Below are positions 37,441 through 49,176 of a stretch of DNA of 64,000 nt, piece after piece. Below the pieces are notes generated by a model. The model made no database searches, was not told where the DNA came from, and saw only the letters and a list, made by a program, of their open reading frames with translations. A program made the translations under genes and the position numbers. The DNA lies in the NCBI GenBank assembly GCA_030770535.1, contig JASVEC010000016.1:434001-498000 (forward strand). Reading direction: 5' to 3'. This DNA is from Batkoa obscura (taxonomy: Eukaryota). Within the stretch, counting starts at the first letter, position 1. Every line of letters starts with the position of its first letter.

Positions 37441-37906
37441 TGTGAAATACCGCTTTGCCAGTTCCATGGTTAATTATAGCATAACAATCGCCTAAGCTGT
37501 TGTATTCTTGAGTTCAGAGAAAATCAATCCCACCTTCTTAGTTTGATTCGCTATGAGAATTTCTAGCTCTCCATCCAAAAGAATATTATCTTCTCATTTT
37601 GATATTTATACTTTTCAGAGTATAAAAGAGTTTACAGAGTATAGTTGTTCGAGGCTTTTTAACTGAGTTATTCCCTGATATCTCGTACATTTAATAAACC
37701 CACTAAGTTTTCTTAATAGTATTTTACATAGATTTTACATTAGTATTGTCCATTCTATTTGTCTTATATAGCTTGTAACCTATTACGTGCTATTCCTCAT
37801 AATCCAAGTCTATCTTAGTCACATAAACTAAGACCTTTCAACTTATAGTGTAGTCAACCCAGCAATAACTGTTCTTGACTCCAAACCCTGAGTACCAGAT
37901 TTCACA
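37441..37906. mobile_element. Solo LTR (466 bp)
   Basis: TGTGAAAT...ATTTCACA termini; TCTC direct repeat on both flanks; inverted homolog at 42310..42772. Confidence 0.8.
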
Positions 37907-38263
37907 TCTCTATATATAATATACTGATTAAAAATTGTTGTTTAGTTAACTATTATTTTTAAAAAAAATAAACATACTATTTAATTGTATGGGGTTGTTC
38001 GAATTGATTTCAGGATTTACTTAAAAATTAATCCAAGTTTAAAATTTAAAATTTGTGTATAATATGATGGTTAAATCTAAAAAGCCTAATTAAATCTCTT
38101 TATTTAAAACTTGTTTTAATTGTTTCCTTTTCTTAAATAGTTAATTTTCCTAACTATGTGTTTTATGTTGTTTCTGTTAAGTATATAATAAATATATAAT
38201 ATATAGTTATATAATTATGTAGATAGAGTTATTTGACTTATTTTTTGTTGAAATAAAAATAAA

Positions 38264-40031
38264 ATGCAAACTTTCATAGCTAAACTTTGAGATAGAATTT
38301 TTGAAAATTTCAATACAATAGGGAGGAGTACACAATATAAACATTATAGTTCATTTACATCGATCTTAAGAGCTACTTATAACAATCCAGAGTTTATGGA
38401 ACCTTACAACAAAACGAAACAAAGAAAAGATATATTATCAAAGTTTACTATCGATAATAATGAACTTAATCAAGCAATGTATAAAATTAATGCTTTAAGG
38501 GAAATAGGAAATAAAAATCAACAAGTAGCGTTATTATCAACTACAGCTTCAGTATATTCTTTTGATGAATGTAAAAGTTTTGGGTTTAAAATAAGTGATA
38601 ATAGTAATAAATATCAACGTTACAACCTATTATTAAAAATACAAAAAAAATTAAAGATGGCCAAATTGAAACTATTATACAATATTTACTAAATGAGGAT
38701 GTATTTTTTTGTTCAAGAATTTTACCACCATCTTTCCACTCAAATAGCGCTTAAAAAATAGAAAAATAATGAAACCAAAAAAAACATCGCCAAACGATTC
38801 AACTATTTCATCAAGATTTAATTAAAAAAATAACAATAGTAAATATTCATCAGATAATATATATTAAACAAAAGTAGAAGAATGGTATACAGTAAATACT
38901 TTGATGATTCAAAAGATAAAGCAGTAGCTAGGTCAACATTTTTTAAATATATACCAACTAATTTCAAAAATCCAGCAAGAAAAACGGATCTATGTAATAC
39001 ACGTGCCCAGTATACAGTTAAAAAAAGTTATTCGAAAATAAAATAAATACAGCAAAAAACAAAGTAGAGATAGAAGAGGTTTTTAATAAAGAAGAAAAGT
39101 TATACAAATTACATGAATTTTGTATTGATACTCAAAAAAACACATTTAACAAAACTACTGAAAAATTTGATAATAAAAGTTGTATAATGATTTTAGACTT
39201 TAAACAAAATATGGAAATAGGAACAAGACCAAACCCAATAAATTTAGATTATTATAATAAACAAGCTATATCAGTATTAGGTTTTGGTGTTTTATATTTG
39301 AAAGATGATAAAAAAATAGCCAAAGTTTACTTTGATTGTTTATCTGAAGTATTAAATCATGATTCAGCATATGCAGGAGATTGTTTAATCGATTTAATCT
39401 CTACAGAGCTTTCAAAAAGTTTACGAAAATCAATATATGGGCAGATACAGGAAATCGTTTTAAATCTCAAGAGTTCCTGCATTATATATTTAAAGAAACT
39501 CATAAAATAAATAGTAGTTTGGATGTTAATCTTCATTTTTTTGCTGAGCATCATGGAAAAAGTATAGTTGATGGACATTTTGGAAATCTTTCAAAATGGA
39601 AAAGTAGTTTTGAAGCATTAGCTAAAATAAAAGATGACAATCAGTTAATTTCATGATTTGAGACTTTTATTTGTGAACATAATAAAATTAATAACTCAAC
39701 TGTTAATAATGGGAAAACAGATATAATTTTTAAAAAGTATGAAAGAAACAAAAACATAAAAAGAATAATAGAAATGCAAGGCATTAAGAAGTATTTACAT
39801 TTTATTAAACATAACAATAAACTACATTGTTATCCAGTATCTGATACATCAAAAAAAAGCGATATAGCTCCAATTAAAGTTATAGAGTCCATAGAAAATA
39901 GAAAAATTGAAAGATCAATCCCAGCTTATCTTGCGAAAATAACAGAGAATTTAAAATTTTCGATGTTTACTAAGCGAGTAAGCAGTTTGTTAAATGATAG
40001 AAATAGATTGTTAAATGTTAAAATTACTTAA
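38264..40031 (+). pseudogene. Sola2-like DDD transposase pseudogene
   Basis: Motifs ILDFKQN, NHDS, IWADTGNRFKS, FFAEHHGKSIVDGHFG; stops, frameshifts and a MITE insertion. Confidence 0.75.
38695..38791. mobile_element. MITE nested in transposase
   Basis: Flanks AAAT/AAAC; the empty site TAAATGATTC is present in copy B. Confidence 0.92.
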
Positions 40032-40032
40032 G

Positions 40033-40195
40033 TTATTAATAGCTAAGTTAATAAATAGTCAAAGAACAAGTAACTGTAATAATATGTAGAAACATTATTA
40101 TCTTACTTGTACTATATAGGGATGGTTAATTATAGTTTTGGGGCTAACCACCCCCTCCCATGCAGCTATTTATTAACTTGGCAATATATTAATAA
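40033..40195 (+). other. Structured RNA element 3' of transposase (copy A)
   Basis: Long outer stem with G-U pairs, two inner hairpins, one compensatory pair relative to copy B. Confidence 0.5.
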
Positions 40196-40589
40196 AGTAA
40201 TTATAACATTAAAATAGTTTATTTGATAACAAATCTGCAATGTTGGTTATAAAGCAGTCGATAATAAATATTTCTCAATAAAGTTTTATAAGAATATGTA
40301 TTCAAGATCTAATAGAAATTTAGCTAACTTATAATATAAACTATAATAAAATGATTTAGAACTGTGTCTGAATACTTTTGTTTTAATAAAAAAAAGTTGT
40401 TTTTATAGAATTTTAAGCGAAGTTTCTAAAATAAAGATATTTAAAAATTGGATAAAACAATGAAACTAATTTAGACAACCTCATATTTTGTATTAGCTTT
40501 AAGGTTCTAAATCTGAGACTTATAATAATAACTGAAATTCAATATTTGGATTTTATTCATTCATAATAATAAAAATAATAGCCTCTCAG

Positions 40590-41755
40590 TTATAAATCGC
40601 AGGTCTTTAAAGAATCCTCACCATAACGTTCTCCTTTAACTTGAATCTTTTGAACCAACTCTCGAATCTGTTTATTCTCTTCTTCACTCAACTTAATTTT
40701 ATGTGATTCGACATTTTCCTCAAGATATTTGACTCTTTTAGTACCTGGAATAGGAATAATATCGTCTCCTTGAGCTAATACCCAAGCTAAGCATAATTGA
40801 GAAGCTTTAATACCTTTGTTATTAGCAATCTCTTCTAATTTACTAACGATTTGGTAATTGTGTTTAGTATTCTCTTTTTTCAATCTGGGAATAGAAGGCC
40901 GAAAGTCCTCTTTCTCCAATTTTTCAACGTTCAATTTTCCAGTTAAAAACCCACGGCCTAATGGGGAGTAAGCTACAACGGCTACTCCTAATTCTCGACA
41001 AGCTTGTAATAGACCATTCTTTTCAATAAAAGTTTCCCATGGACTTTATAAAAAGAAAAATATATTAGATTTTTATTTTTGGTTAACAATTAAATAATTT
41101 ACCTATATTCTACTTGTACAGCAGATATTGGATGTACTTTATGTGCTCTTCTAAGGGTCTCTGCACTGCACTCGGATAATCCCAAATATCTTACTTTACC
41201 TTCTTTAACTAATTCAGCCATAGCTCCAACTGTTTCTTCGATTGGACTAAAAAATATTATATTAAATAAAATAAAATAGACTATACTAAAGCAAAACCAT
41301 ACGTATTAGGATCAACCCTATGCTGGTAATATAAATTAATGGTATCAATACCTAATCTTTTTAAACTAGCATCACAACATTTCTTAACGTATTCTTTGTC
41401 CCCACGTACTTTCATTACTTTTGTTTCTGAATCAAAATAAGCAGCAAATTTGGTACATAAAAAGATTTCATCTCTACGCTCTTTCAACACATTAGATAGA
41501 AGGATTTCGTTGGCCCCAATACCATAAATGTCCTAAAAGAAATATATGTTATTTTTCCGGCTTGAGAGGATATTAAATATGGCTTACTGAAGTATCCCAA
41601 AAGGTGCTACCGAGATCAATTGCTCGATGTAAAGTCTCTAAGTTATCTTGTTCGTTGAAAGAACCATAGAAAGCACTCATACCCATACAGCCTAATCCAA
41701 TACTAGATACTGGAGGCCCATTTTTACCTAATTGACGTGTTGGTAATTTACTCAT
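40590..41755 (-). CDS. Aldo-keto reductase (YakC/AKR13-like), copy 2, 4 exons
   Basis: Same motifs and intron positions as 31950..33114. Confidence 0.92.
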
Positions 41756-42254
41756 TGTTAGTTTGCTATTTAATTATGTTTTTCTATGCTTGTATTTTGT
41801 AGTCTGCTTGAAGTTTTTATACTTTTTGAGTTCTTAATTTAATCCCGACTTCCAGTTTTTCATTATATTGTCAAATTCGCTTTGTGTAGTAAATTGTCTG
41901 TTATAAATCCGATTTTTTTAGCATGAAGTCAAATTGAAGTTTATTTCTTAAGTGAGATCAACCTTTAACATTTGAGAGGTCTATTTTAATTAAAAATCTG
42001 ACTGATAGATTGTCCAATTTTTTTGCAGTAAAAAGCAGTCAAATAAGCAAAGCTAAAAAGGCACATTGTTTAACTGTGAAATTTATTACAAAAATTAAAA
42101 AATTCGGAATTTAAAAAAAAGGAAAATTTAATAGATTAAAAATGTTTTCAAAAACTACATATATATATTAAATAGTTTAAAATCATTAATTACTTTTTTA
42201 AAAATTAAATTACAATTAGTTTAAAAATATTATTTTTTTGATTAATAATATATA

Positions 42255-42309
42255 AGCATATTTTTTATGGCTTTATCACTTTTTTATCTTTTAAGCCCTA
42301 TTTGAGTGG
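42255..42309. mobile_element. Truncated MITE half abutting solo LTR
   Basis: ...ATCACTTTTTTATCTTTTAAGCCCTATTTGAGTGG matches one half of the family, then the LTR begins. Confidence 0.6.
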
Positions 42310-42772
42310 TGTGAAATCTGGTACTCAGTATTTGGAGTCAAGAACAGCTATTGCTGGGTTGATTACACTATAAGTTCAAATGTCTTAGTTTATATGAGTA
42401 ATATAGACTTGGATTATGAGGAATAGCACGTAATAGGTTACAAGCTATATAAGACAAATAGAATAGACAATACTAATGTAAAACCTACGTAAAATACTAT
42501 TAAGAAAACTTAGTGGGTTTATTAAATGTACGAGATATCAGGGAATAATTCAGTTAAAAAGCATAGAGCTATTGTGTTTTAGAATCTCCTTTATACTCCG
42601 ATAAGTATAAATATCAAAACGAGAGGATAATATTTTTGAGACGAAGATAGAAATTCTCTTAGCAAATCAGAATAAGAGCATGGGAATAACTGTCTCTATA
42701 ATCGAGAATACAACAGCTTAGGCGATTATTATACTATAGTTAACCATGGAGCTGAGAAAACGATATTTCACA
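42310..42772. mobile_element. Solo LTR (463 bp), inverted relative to 37441..37906
   Basis: TGTGAAAT...ATTTCACA termini; internal GCTATATAAG TATA-like motif; flanks do not form a TSD. Confidence 0.8.
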
Positions 42773-43038
42773 GGTTTAAAAAACCTGGATTATATTTCTA
42801 AATTTCAATATTAGAATTTTAATTTTAAAATCACGATTATCATACTGATTATTATTAGAATGACTCTAATCACTATTTTAATTTAAACTTTAATAGTAGT
42901 AAAAAATATAGATGAAACAACAAATTGAAATAAATATATAAGATAATTAATATTAAAAAAACAATCTTCTAAAAAAGAATTTTAAATTTTTTTAAATTTT
43001 AATAAAATACTAAATTAAATTTTTGAAATTATATATAT

Positions 43039-43135
43039 GGGGATGTTTTTTTGATTTCATTACTTTTCCCATCTTTTAAGCGTTATTTGAATGGAAAGAT
43101 TGTTGGTAAATTCTTAACCAAAAAAATACATCCCC
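43039..43135. mobile_element. MITE
   Basis: Perfect GGGGATGT/ACATCCCC termini, ATAT TSD. Confidence 0.95.
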
Positions 43136-43362
43136 ATATATTTAATTCATGCAAAAATTAATTTTATAAATTTAACTCATTTAAAACTAATCAGTTATAT
43201 CACAATTAATAAATTAAGGTTTTTATTTTTTTATTTTGATGGTTATATTCTTAGTTATTTTACCAAGCTCGCCTTTATAACTATGCAAAAAAAGTTGATA
43301 GTTTACCTAGTTTAATTATACTTGTCGTACATTTTATAAGGAAAAGGGTTTTTTAATTATAA

Positions 43363-43459
43363 GGGGATGTTTTTTGTGTTTAAGAATTCTATTAACAATC
43401 TTTCCATTCAAATAGCGCTTAAAAGATGGGAAAAGTAATGAAATCAAAAAAACATCCCC
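43363..43459. mobile_element. MITE
   Basis: Perfect GGGGATGT/ACATCCCC termini, flanks ATAA/ATAT. Confidence 0.93.
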
Positions 43460-43470
43460 ATATGATATAC

Positions 43471-43561
43471 AAGGATGTTTGTTGTTTTGAAATTCGCTAA
43501 TGCTTTTTCCACTTGATAGCACTTAAAAATGGAAAAAACATGAAATCCACAAAAAATGCTC
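43471..43561. mobile_element. MITE, degenerate, adjacent to previous copy
   Basis: Internal similarity (TTTTCCACTTGATAGCACTTAAAAATGGAAAA). Confidence 0.65.
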
Positions 43562-43940
43562 AAATATTTTATAATTGAAAAGTGTTTGCTTATAAAATGT
43601 AACGCAAATATCTTTATCTCTAAAGTAGATAAATTGATTCTTTTTCACAATTGTGGATATATAAGGTATTCTTACCTAAAATGTCGCAAAATTCGACTTA
43701 AGAAATAGTGGCATTGTTAGTTAAAACAGTAATTAGATTTAAGATTTTTAATAGAATTAATTTTATAATTTAATCAAAATCAAAATTATATTTATTTTGT
43801 TTCATAATGGCCAATAATAAAGTATTGGTTGTTTTTTATTGATGTAAAATAGTCCCTATTAAAAGATTAAAAGTTAATGCTATAGTGTGGAAGCCAATTA
43901 TAAAGATTTTTATTCTAACTCGTGGTTTTGGATTGAACTT

Positions 43941-44034
43941 GGTGTATTTTTGTGTTTAAGAATTTTACTAACAAGTTTTGCGCTTAAGTAGCGCTTAAAA
44001 GATGAAAAAAGTGATGAAGCCAAAAGATATCCCC
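43941..44034. mobile_element. MITE
   Basis: Left end eroded, right end ATATCCCC. Confidence 0.8.
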
Positions 44035-44618
44035 ATTTTATTTAAATTAGTGATAACTGCAAAAGTAACTTTACTGTTGCAATCTATAACCATTATTATG
44101 AAAACTACAAAATTTGCGATATGTTAGGTGAGAATACCTAATAAGTTTGTTGGAACAACTCTAGACCTTCCACTCTCCCACTTTAACAGATGTAGAAGAT
44201 GGTATGAAATAGTGGGATTGGCTATTGGTTTATAATGAAGCGGTTTTTGTTATTATATTTTCTGTTTTATTTATACAATCAAATAGTGTAACTCATTTGT
44301 TATCTTTTCATATATATCTCAAATAATAAAAAATAACAGTGAGACTATTAATTAGAAACTTCCGACTACATCACCTTAAGTTGAAAAAAGCGAAGTTTAA
44401 AGCAATCGTATTTCCAGCAAGTGATGTGAAAAATGGAGAATTTCCACCAATAAAACAAAGATAAGTAGAACTTCATTAAAATAAGCAAATAAAATTAATG
44501 AATCTTTCAATTTTAAAAAATTAAAAGGTAAACTGATAAATAAATTTTGACTAATAAAATACTGATCCCAGTTTGAACTAAAGTAAAACCTTTATTAAAA
44601 AAAGACAGTAATTAAACA

Positions 44619-47360
44619 ATGACAACAAGCAATATGAATTTCGGTCCTGAATGGTACTGAATAAAAAACTAAAAAAGTACTTTTTAATTACTAACTTTCT
44701 TAATTTAGGATGAGAAAACTAGCTAGTACTGATAAAGCAGCCAGCTCTGATTCTATCGAACAAGACTCGACTCTTCAAGAGCCTTCTCAATTACCCACTA
44801 ATACGACCTCTTACTCTTCGATAACTGGTAAACTTCGGGAAGATGGTAGTCGTTCAGAGGATAATGATACTATTGATAGTTTAAATCCGTTTAAATATAG
44901 TAAAGAGTATATGTTAAGTTTTTTTAAAGAAATAGCTGCTCCTCTAGACTTCGAAAAACATGAAATTGCTAGTGTTGAAGAATGTTTACAACCCATTTCA
45001 TTTTCGCCATTAAGTGAATTGGAGCAAAAGGTTACTTTATTTTTTAAATCTTTTTATGGGAAAAGAGTTAATAAGGTTATTTTTAGCTTATTTCTAGTGG
45101 TCAAGTAAACTCTTCTTCTAACCGTAGAATAGTGCAAAACCAACATACTCAAAATCAACAGCATCGTAACTTGGAACGTAATAACCGTGAAGGTAACACT
45201 AATAGAGGTGGTAGAGGTGGTAAAAATTTTCTTAAAATGTATTCATATAAATTCTAATATACAAATCCATTTAATTTAGGTGCAAGGACGAACTATAATA
45301 GAAATAATGGTGGTGGTGGTGGATGGGGTAATGTTAGTAAGTCTTCAATTGGTACCTTTGGTAGCGATGGTGTGTTTCGAATGGAAGGAGCAGGCGATTC
45401 TTTAGAAGGTAGTGATTTTGCTATGACCGCTGAAATGTTTGAAGCTGAAAGAAGAGTAAGTTTATTTAGGTTTGATTCTACTTAAATTTTAATAATTTAA
45501 AAGGCTTACCACCGTAATAATCAGAATCGTGGAGGCAGTGGACATCAAGATGATTCCTTAGATGGATTTGAAACAGTAGGCGGAAGAGGAGGAAGAGGGT
45601 CTCTTAAAAACATATTAGTTGGTTTACCAGGAGCAGATGAACAAGAAGAGTTTAATATGTTTAATCCAGAAGATGTATCTAATTGGTATTATAATGATCC
45701 AACTGGTGTAACTCAAGGACCGTTTACTGGATTTGAAATGCATGAATGGTATATTGCTGGGTATTTTCAAGGAGATTTACTAGTCCGACGTGAAACGGAT
45801 TCTAGCTTTGAACCATTAGCCCATCTTATTAATCGAATTGGCGATGATGAAAAACCCTTTTTAACACCACCACGTTCTTCTCATCTTAAAACTATACTTA
45901 CACCACGTAGTGCACGTTTTAATTTTAGCAATTTTGATAGTGAGCCTGATAATACCTTTGGTGATTTTAGTAAATCTCAAGCGTATGGTAACTTTTTAAC
46001 TTCTAATCCTTTAAGCAACAATATTTATAACCAACAATCGGATCTTCATCAACAATCTTATTTGAATCAATTCAGTCCAAGCATGGTGCGTAACCCTTAT
46101 GATGAAGCTGCTTATTATAAAGCTCAACAAGTACAACAAGAAAGACAATTATTTTTACAACAACAAATGGCTCATCCATTCTCCTCTAATCCCTATAATT
46201 CAATGCATAGTGGTATCGTAGCTAATGACAACCAGCATTTATATAATACTCATTCTCAATCGATTCATCAAGGTAATGTTTGGAATAATAATCCAAGTGC
46301 AAGTAACCAGCAAGCTTATTCTAATCCAATTGAAAAACATTCTCAAAGTCCAACTGAGAAGGAAGAAAATGTATCAAAGATAGCTGAAGATAAAGTAGTA
46401 GCTGGTCTTAATAAACTTAATATCAATGAAGAGAAGAGTAAAGTTAGTCCCGAAGAAGGTAAAGCTTCAACTGCAACCAATGAAACAAAAGTTAAGGGCA
46501 ACAATAAAGCTAAGGGATCACCACATAATAATAAACAAGAATTAAAAGAAGAGAATGGTAATAAGAAAGTAGCTGAAAAACCAGTCAAAAGTGGGTTACC
46601 ATCTACACCAGCTCCTTGGCAAGGCTCAAGTAAACCAACCAAATCATTAAGAGAAATTCAATTGGAAGAAGAAGCTCAAATGAAATCACGTGCAGCTAAC
46701 CAATCCAGTGAACCTAAAAGATATGCAGATACTCTGGCTAAAGTAAGTTTTATTATAATAATGTAAGATGATGAGTGATATTAATGATATTTTATTTTTT
46801 TATAGAAAACTACTCCTGGATGGAATTCAGTAGCTCAACAAAGTAGTACTGTTGTAAAGAGTTCTTCAAGCCAAAGGTAAGTTAAAATTGATTATTAAAT
46901 AAAAAGTAATATTAATATTGTTTTTTAGTAATAAAAATAAAGGAGGATCCAGTCAACCAAGTGAAAAATTTATTAACTGGATAAGATCTATGTTCCGTAC
47001 TTTTGTTGAAATCAACGGTAAGTGGTTCTATTAAAATTCAGCAATAACATTAAATACTAATTTTTAACTACAATAGCTGACGAACTTATCAATATGTTAT
47101 TAAGTTTCCCCATGGATCCATCCCCACAATTTAAAGAAATTGTTAAAGATATGTTTTTAGAACAACAAAGTAAAGGCAATCATAACATTGTAGATCATCG
47201 TAAATTTGCTGAAGAATTCATTATACGTCGTAAAATTGATGCAGGAATATTAAACAGCTCCGCTTTACCTAATAATCCATTGAAAGTACCTACTTTAAGT
47301 AAAAGTGAAACAAATGAATCATTTCAACTTGTTGGTAAAAAAAATCGTAAAAGAGTTTGA
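44619..47360 (+). CDS. GYF-domain protein (GIGYF/Smy2-like), multi-exon
   Basis: N-terminal NFGPEW|MR; FKYSKEYML (4EHP-binding-like motif); GYF domain WYYNDPTGVTQGPF...MHEWYIAGYF; KSLREIQLEE; FAEEFIIRRK. Confidence 0.88.
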
Positions 47361-47575
47361 TTGATATCAAAGTTGAAAATTTATTGAATTTGAAATAAAA
47401 TAATAAATTTTATAATTAAAGCAAATGATTTTTAATTTATTATTAAAACTATTTTATCTTTATTATTATTATTATTAAAAATGTTTTATTGAATAATAAA
47501 GCCTTAATAATTTTATTTTGATAAATAAAATGAAAAGATAAAATTCAAAGAGAAAGGAATAGAATTAATATATTT

Positions 47576-48232
47576 TTAAATTGATAAAAGATATTTATTA
47601 ATGAAAGAAGTAAATGATTCTGAAATCAATGTAAAAAAGAGACCAGTAATTAGACCAAATAACCCTGCTAAAAAAAAGAAAGCAATAATGAAACCAAATT
47701 TAAAATAAATTAATCTTAGAACTCTATAAGGTAATGTATAAAATAAATGCTTTACAATCTGAAAACAATATATTATTATTGTAAAAATAATACTTGTGAA
47801 ATAAGTCAATATAGTGATAGAAATTGAATAGATTGATTTTGCTACTTGAAAAATGATTTGAAGTAGGTAAATAATTGCTTTTAGAGGCAATTGTATCAAA
47901 TAAATCAATTGATTACGTCGAGTTATTAATTCTTCTTGATTTAATTTCTTCTTATTTTTTTTGAATCGTTGATTTAACGGGGAGAAATGATTTAATATAT
48001 TAAATAGTTGATTAAAATTCGATGGGACTAATTTTTCATTGTTGGTATTATCGTTATGAGTATGAGTAGTTAAAATCCTAGAATTAGAATGAGCTTGTTC
48101 AATACAATTTTGTTGGTTTGAGGAATATAATAATAGATTTTTATTGCATGTTTGTGAATCTTGTAGTTGGCTACTTGTAAATGAGTATAGGGATAATAAG
48201 GGTAATAAAATAAAATAAAAATAAAAGTTCAT
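47576..48232 (-). CDS. Hypothetical membrane protein with signal peptide
   Basis: Open frame; likely start MNFYFYFILL at 48232; hydrophobic C-terminal helices. Confidence 0.55.
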   Translation of the reverse strand: MNFYFYFILLPLLSLYSFTSSQLQDSQTCNKNLLLYSSNQQNCIEQAHSNSRILTTHTHNDNTNNEKLVPSNFNQLFNILNHFSPLNQRFKKNKKKLNQEELITRRNQLIYLIQLPLKAIIYLLQIIFQVAKSIYSISITILTYFTSIIFTIIIYCFQIVKHLFYTLPYRVLRLIYFKFGFIIAFFFLAGLFGLITGLFFTLISESFTSFINKYLLSI

Positions 48233-48436
48233 TATGAAGTATTTGAACAATATTAAAAGATAGAATCTTTTGAATTTTAATAAGATCCTTAAATGAAATC
48301 TAACACCGAATGCAACAAAATTGCTATTTTTTTGCAATAAGCCATTTTTTGCAAACAGGAGCTTAGTTTCAATGCTTTTTTTAATGTTTAGTTTTTTAGT
48401 TTTTCATTTATTTTATTATCAATATTACTATAAAAA

Positions 48437-49046
48437 ATGGCTATGGCATCGAATCGATTAAAGATAGGGGTAAGTAAATAAAATAGACAATTTTAATGAA
48501 AGTACTTATTGATATCTAATTTGATAGACTCGTCTCCCACCCGAAGTTAATAGGGTATTATTTATAAGGTAAGTTAAAATTAGAAAATATTTTGAGATTT
48601 AAGATATTGAATTAAGACTTATTAACTATTTGTTTTTCTTTAAAAAGGAATTTACCATTTAAAGTAACTGGAGAAGATATGTATGATTTATTTGGTAAAT
48701 ATGGGGCTATTAGACAGATCAGAATGTAAGTATCATTAATAATTATCAATCAAACGAATTCATTTTTTTAAAATTTGTTTTAGTGGTAATAGCAATGACA
48801 CTCGAGGAACTGGATTTGTTATTTATGAAGATATATTTGATGCTAAAGCAGCATGTGATCATTTGAATGGTTTTAATATTCAAGGAAGATATTTAGTTGT
48901 ACTTTATTATCAAGCAGCTAAACAACAAAAAAAACTGGATAATATTGCTAAAGAAAAAGAGTTAAATGAACTTAAAAAGTAGGTTTTATTTTATCTAATA
49001 TGTTATTTTTTTAAATATTTTTTTAATTAGAAAACATAATTTATAA
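48437..49046 (+). CDS. SF3B6: Splicing factor 3B subunit 6 (p14, branch-site RRM protein), 5 exons
   Basis: [68 protein letters not shown]; missed by the ORF track because exons are short. Confidence 0.93.
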
Positions 49047-49176
49047 ATCTATTTTTTTAAATAAATAGGTATATTAATAAAACAGATAATAAAGTTGATA
49101 AATTCACTTATTTTATATTTTTATTTTATTTATAACTTATACATATAATTATATTTTATTTATAACTTCTAAATAA

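Larger units (their letters stand above)
37991..40482 (+). mobile_element. Sola-like DNA transposon, defective copy A
   Basis: ~22-bp imperfect TIRs GGGGTTGT.../...ACAACCTC; flanks GTAT/ATAT; broken transposase; homologous to 54507..56584. Confidence 0.85.

Noticed and set aside
40115..40165. Twister, HDV-like or hammerhead ribozyme assignment (minus strand has GGAGGGGGTGG, like a twister 3' strand)
   Set aside because: The remaining conserved core nucleotides and pseudoknots of these classes could not be placed
40031..40482. Fanzor/TnpB cargo gene in the Sola-like element
   Set aside because: No ORF or RuvC motifs in the ~450-bp 3' region of either copy
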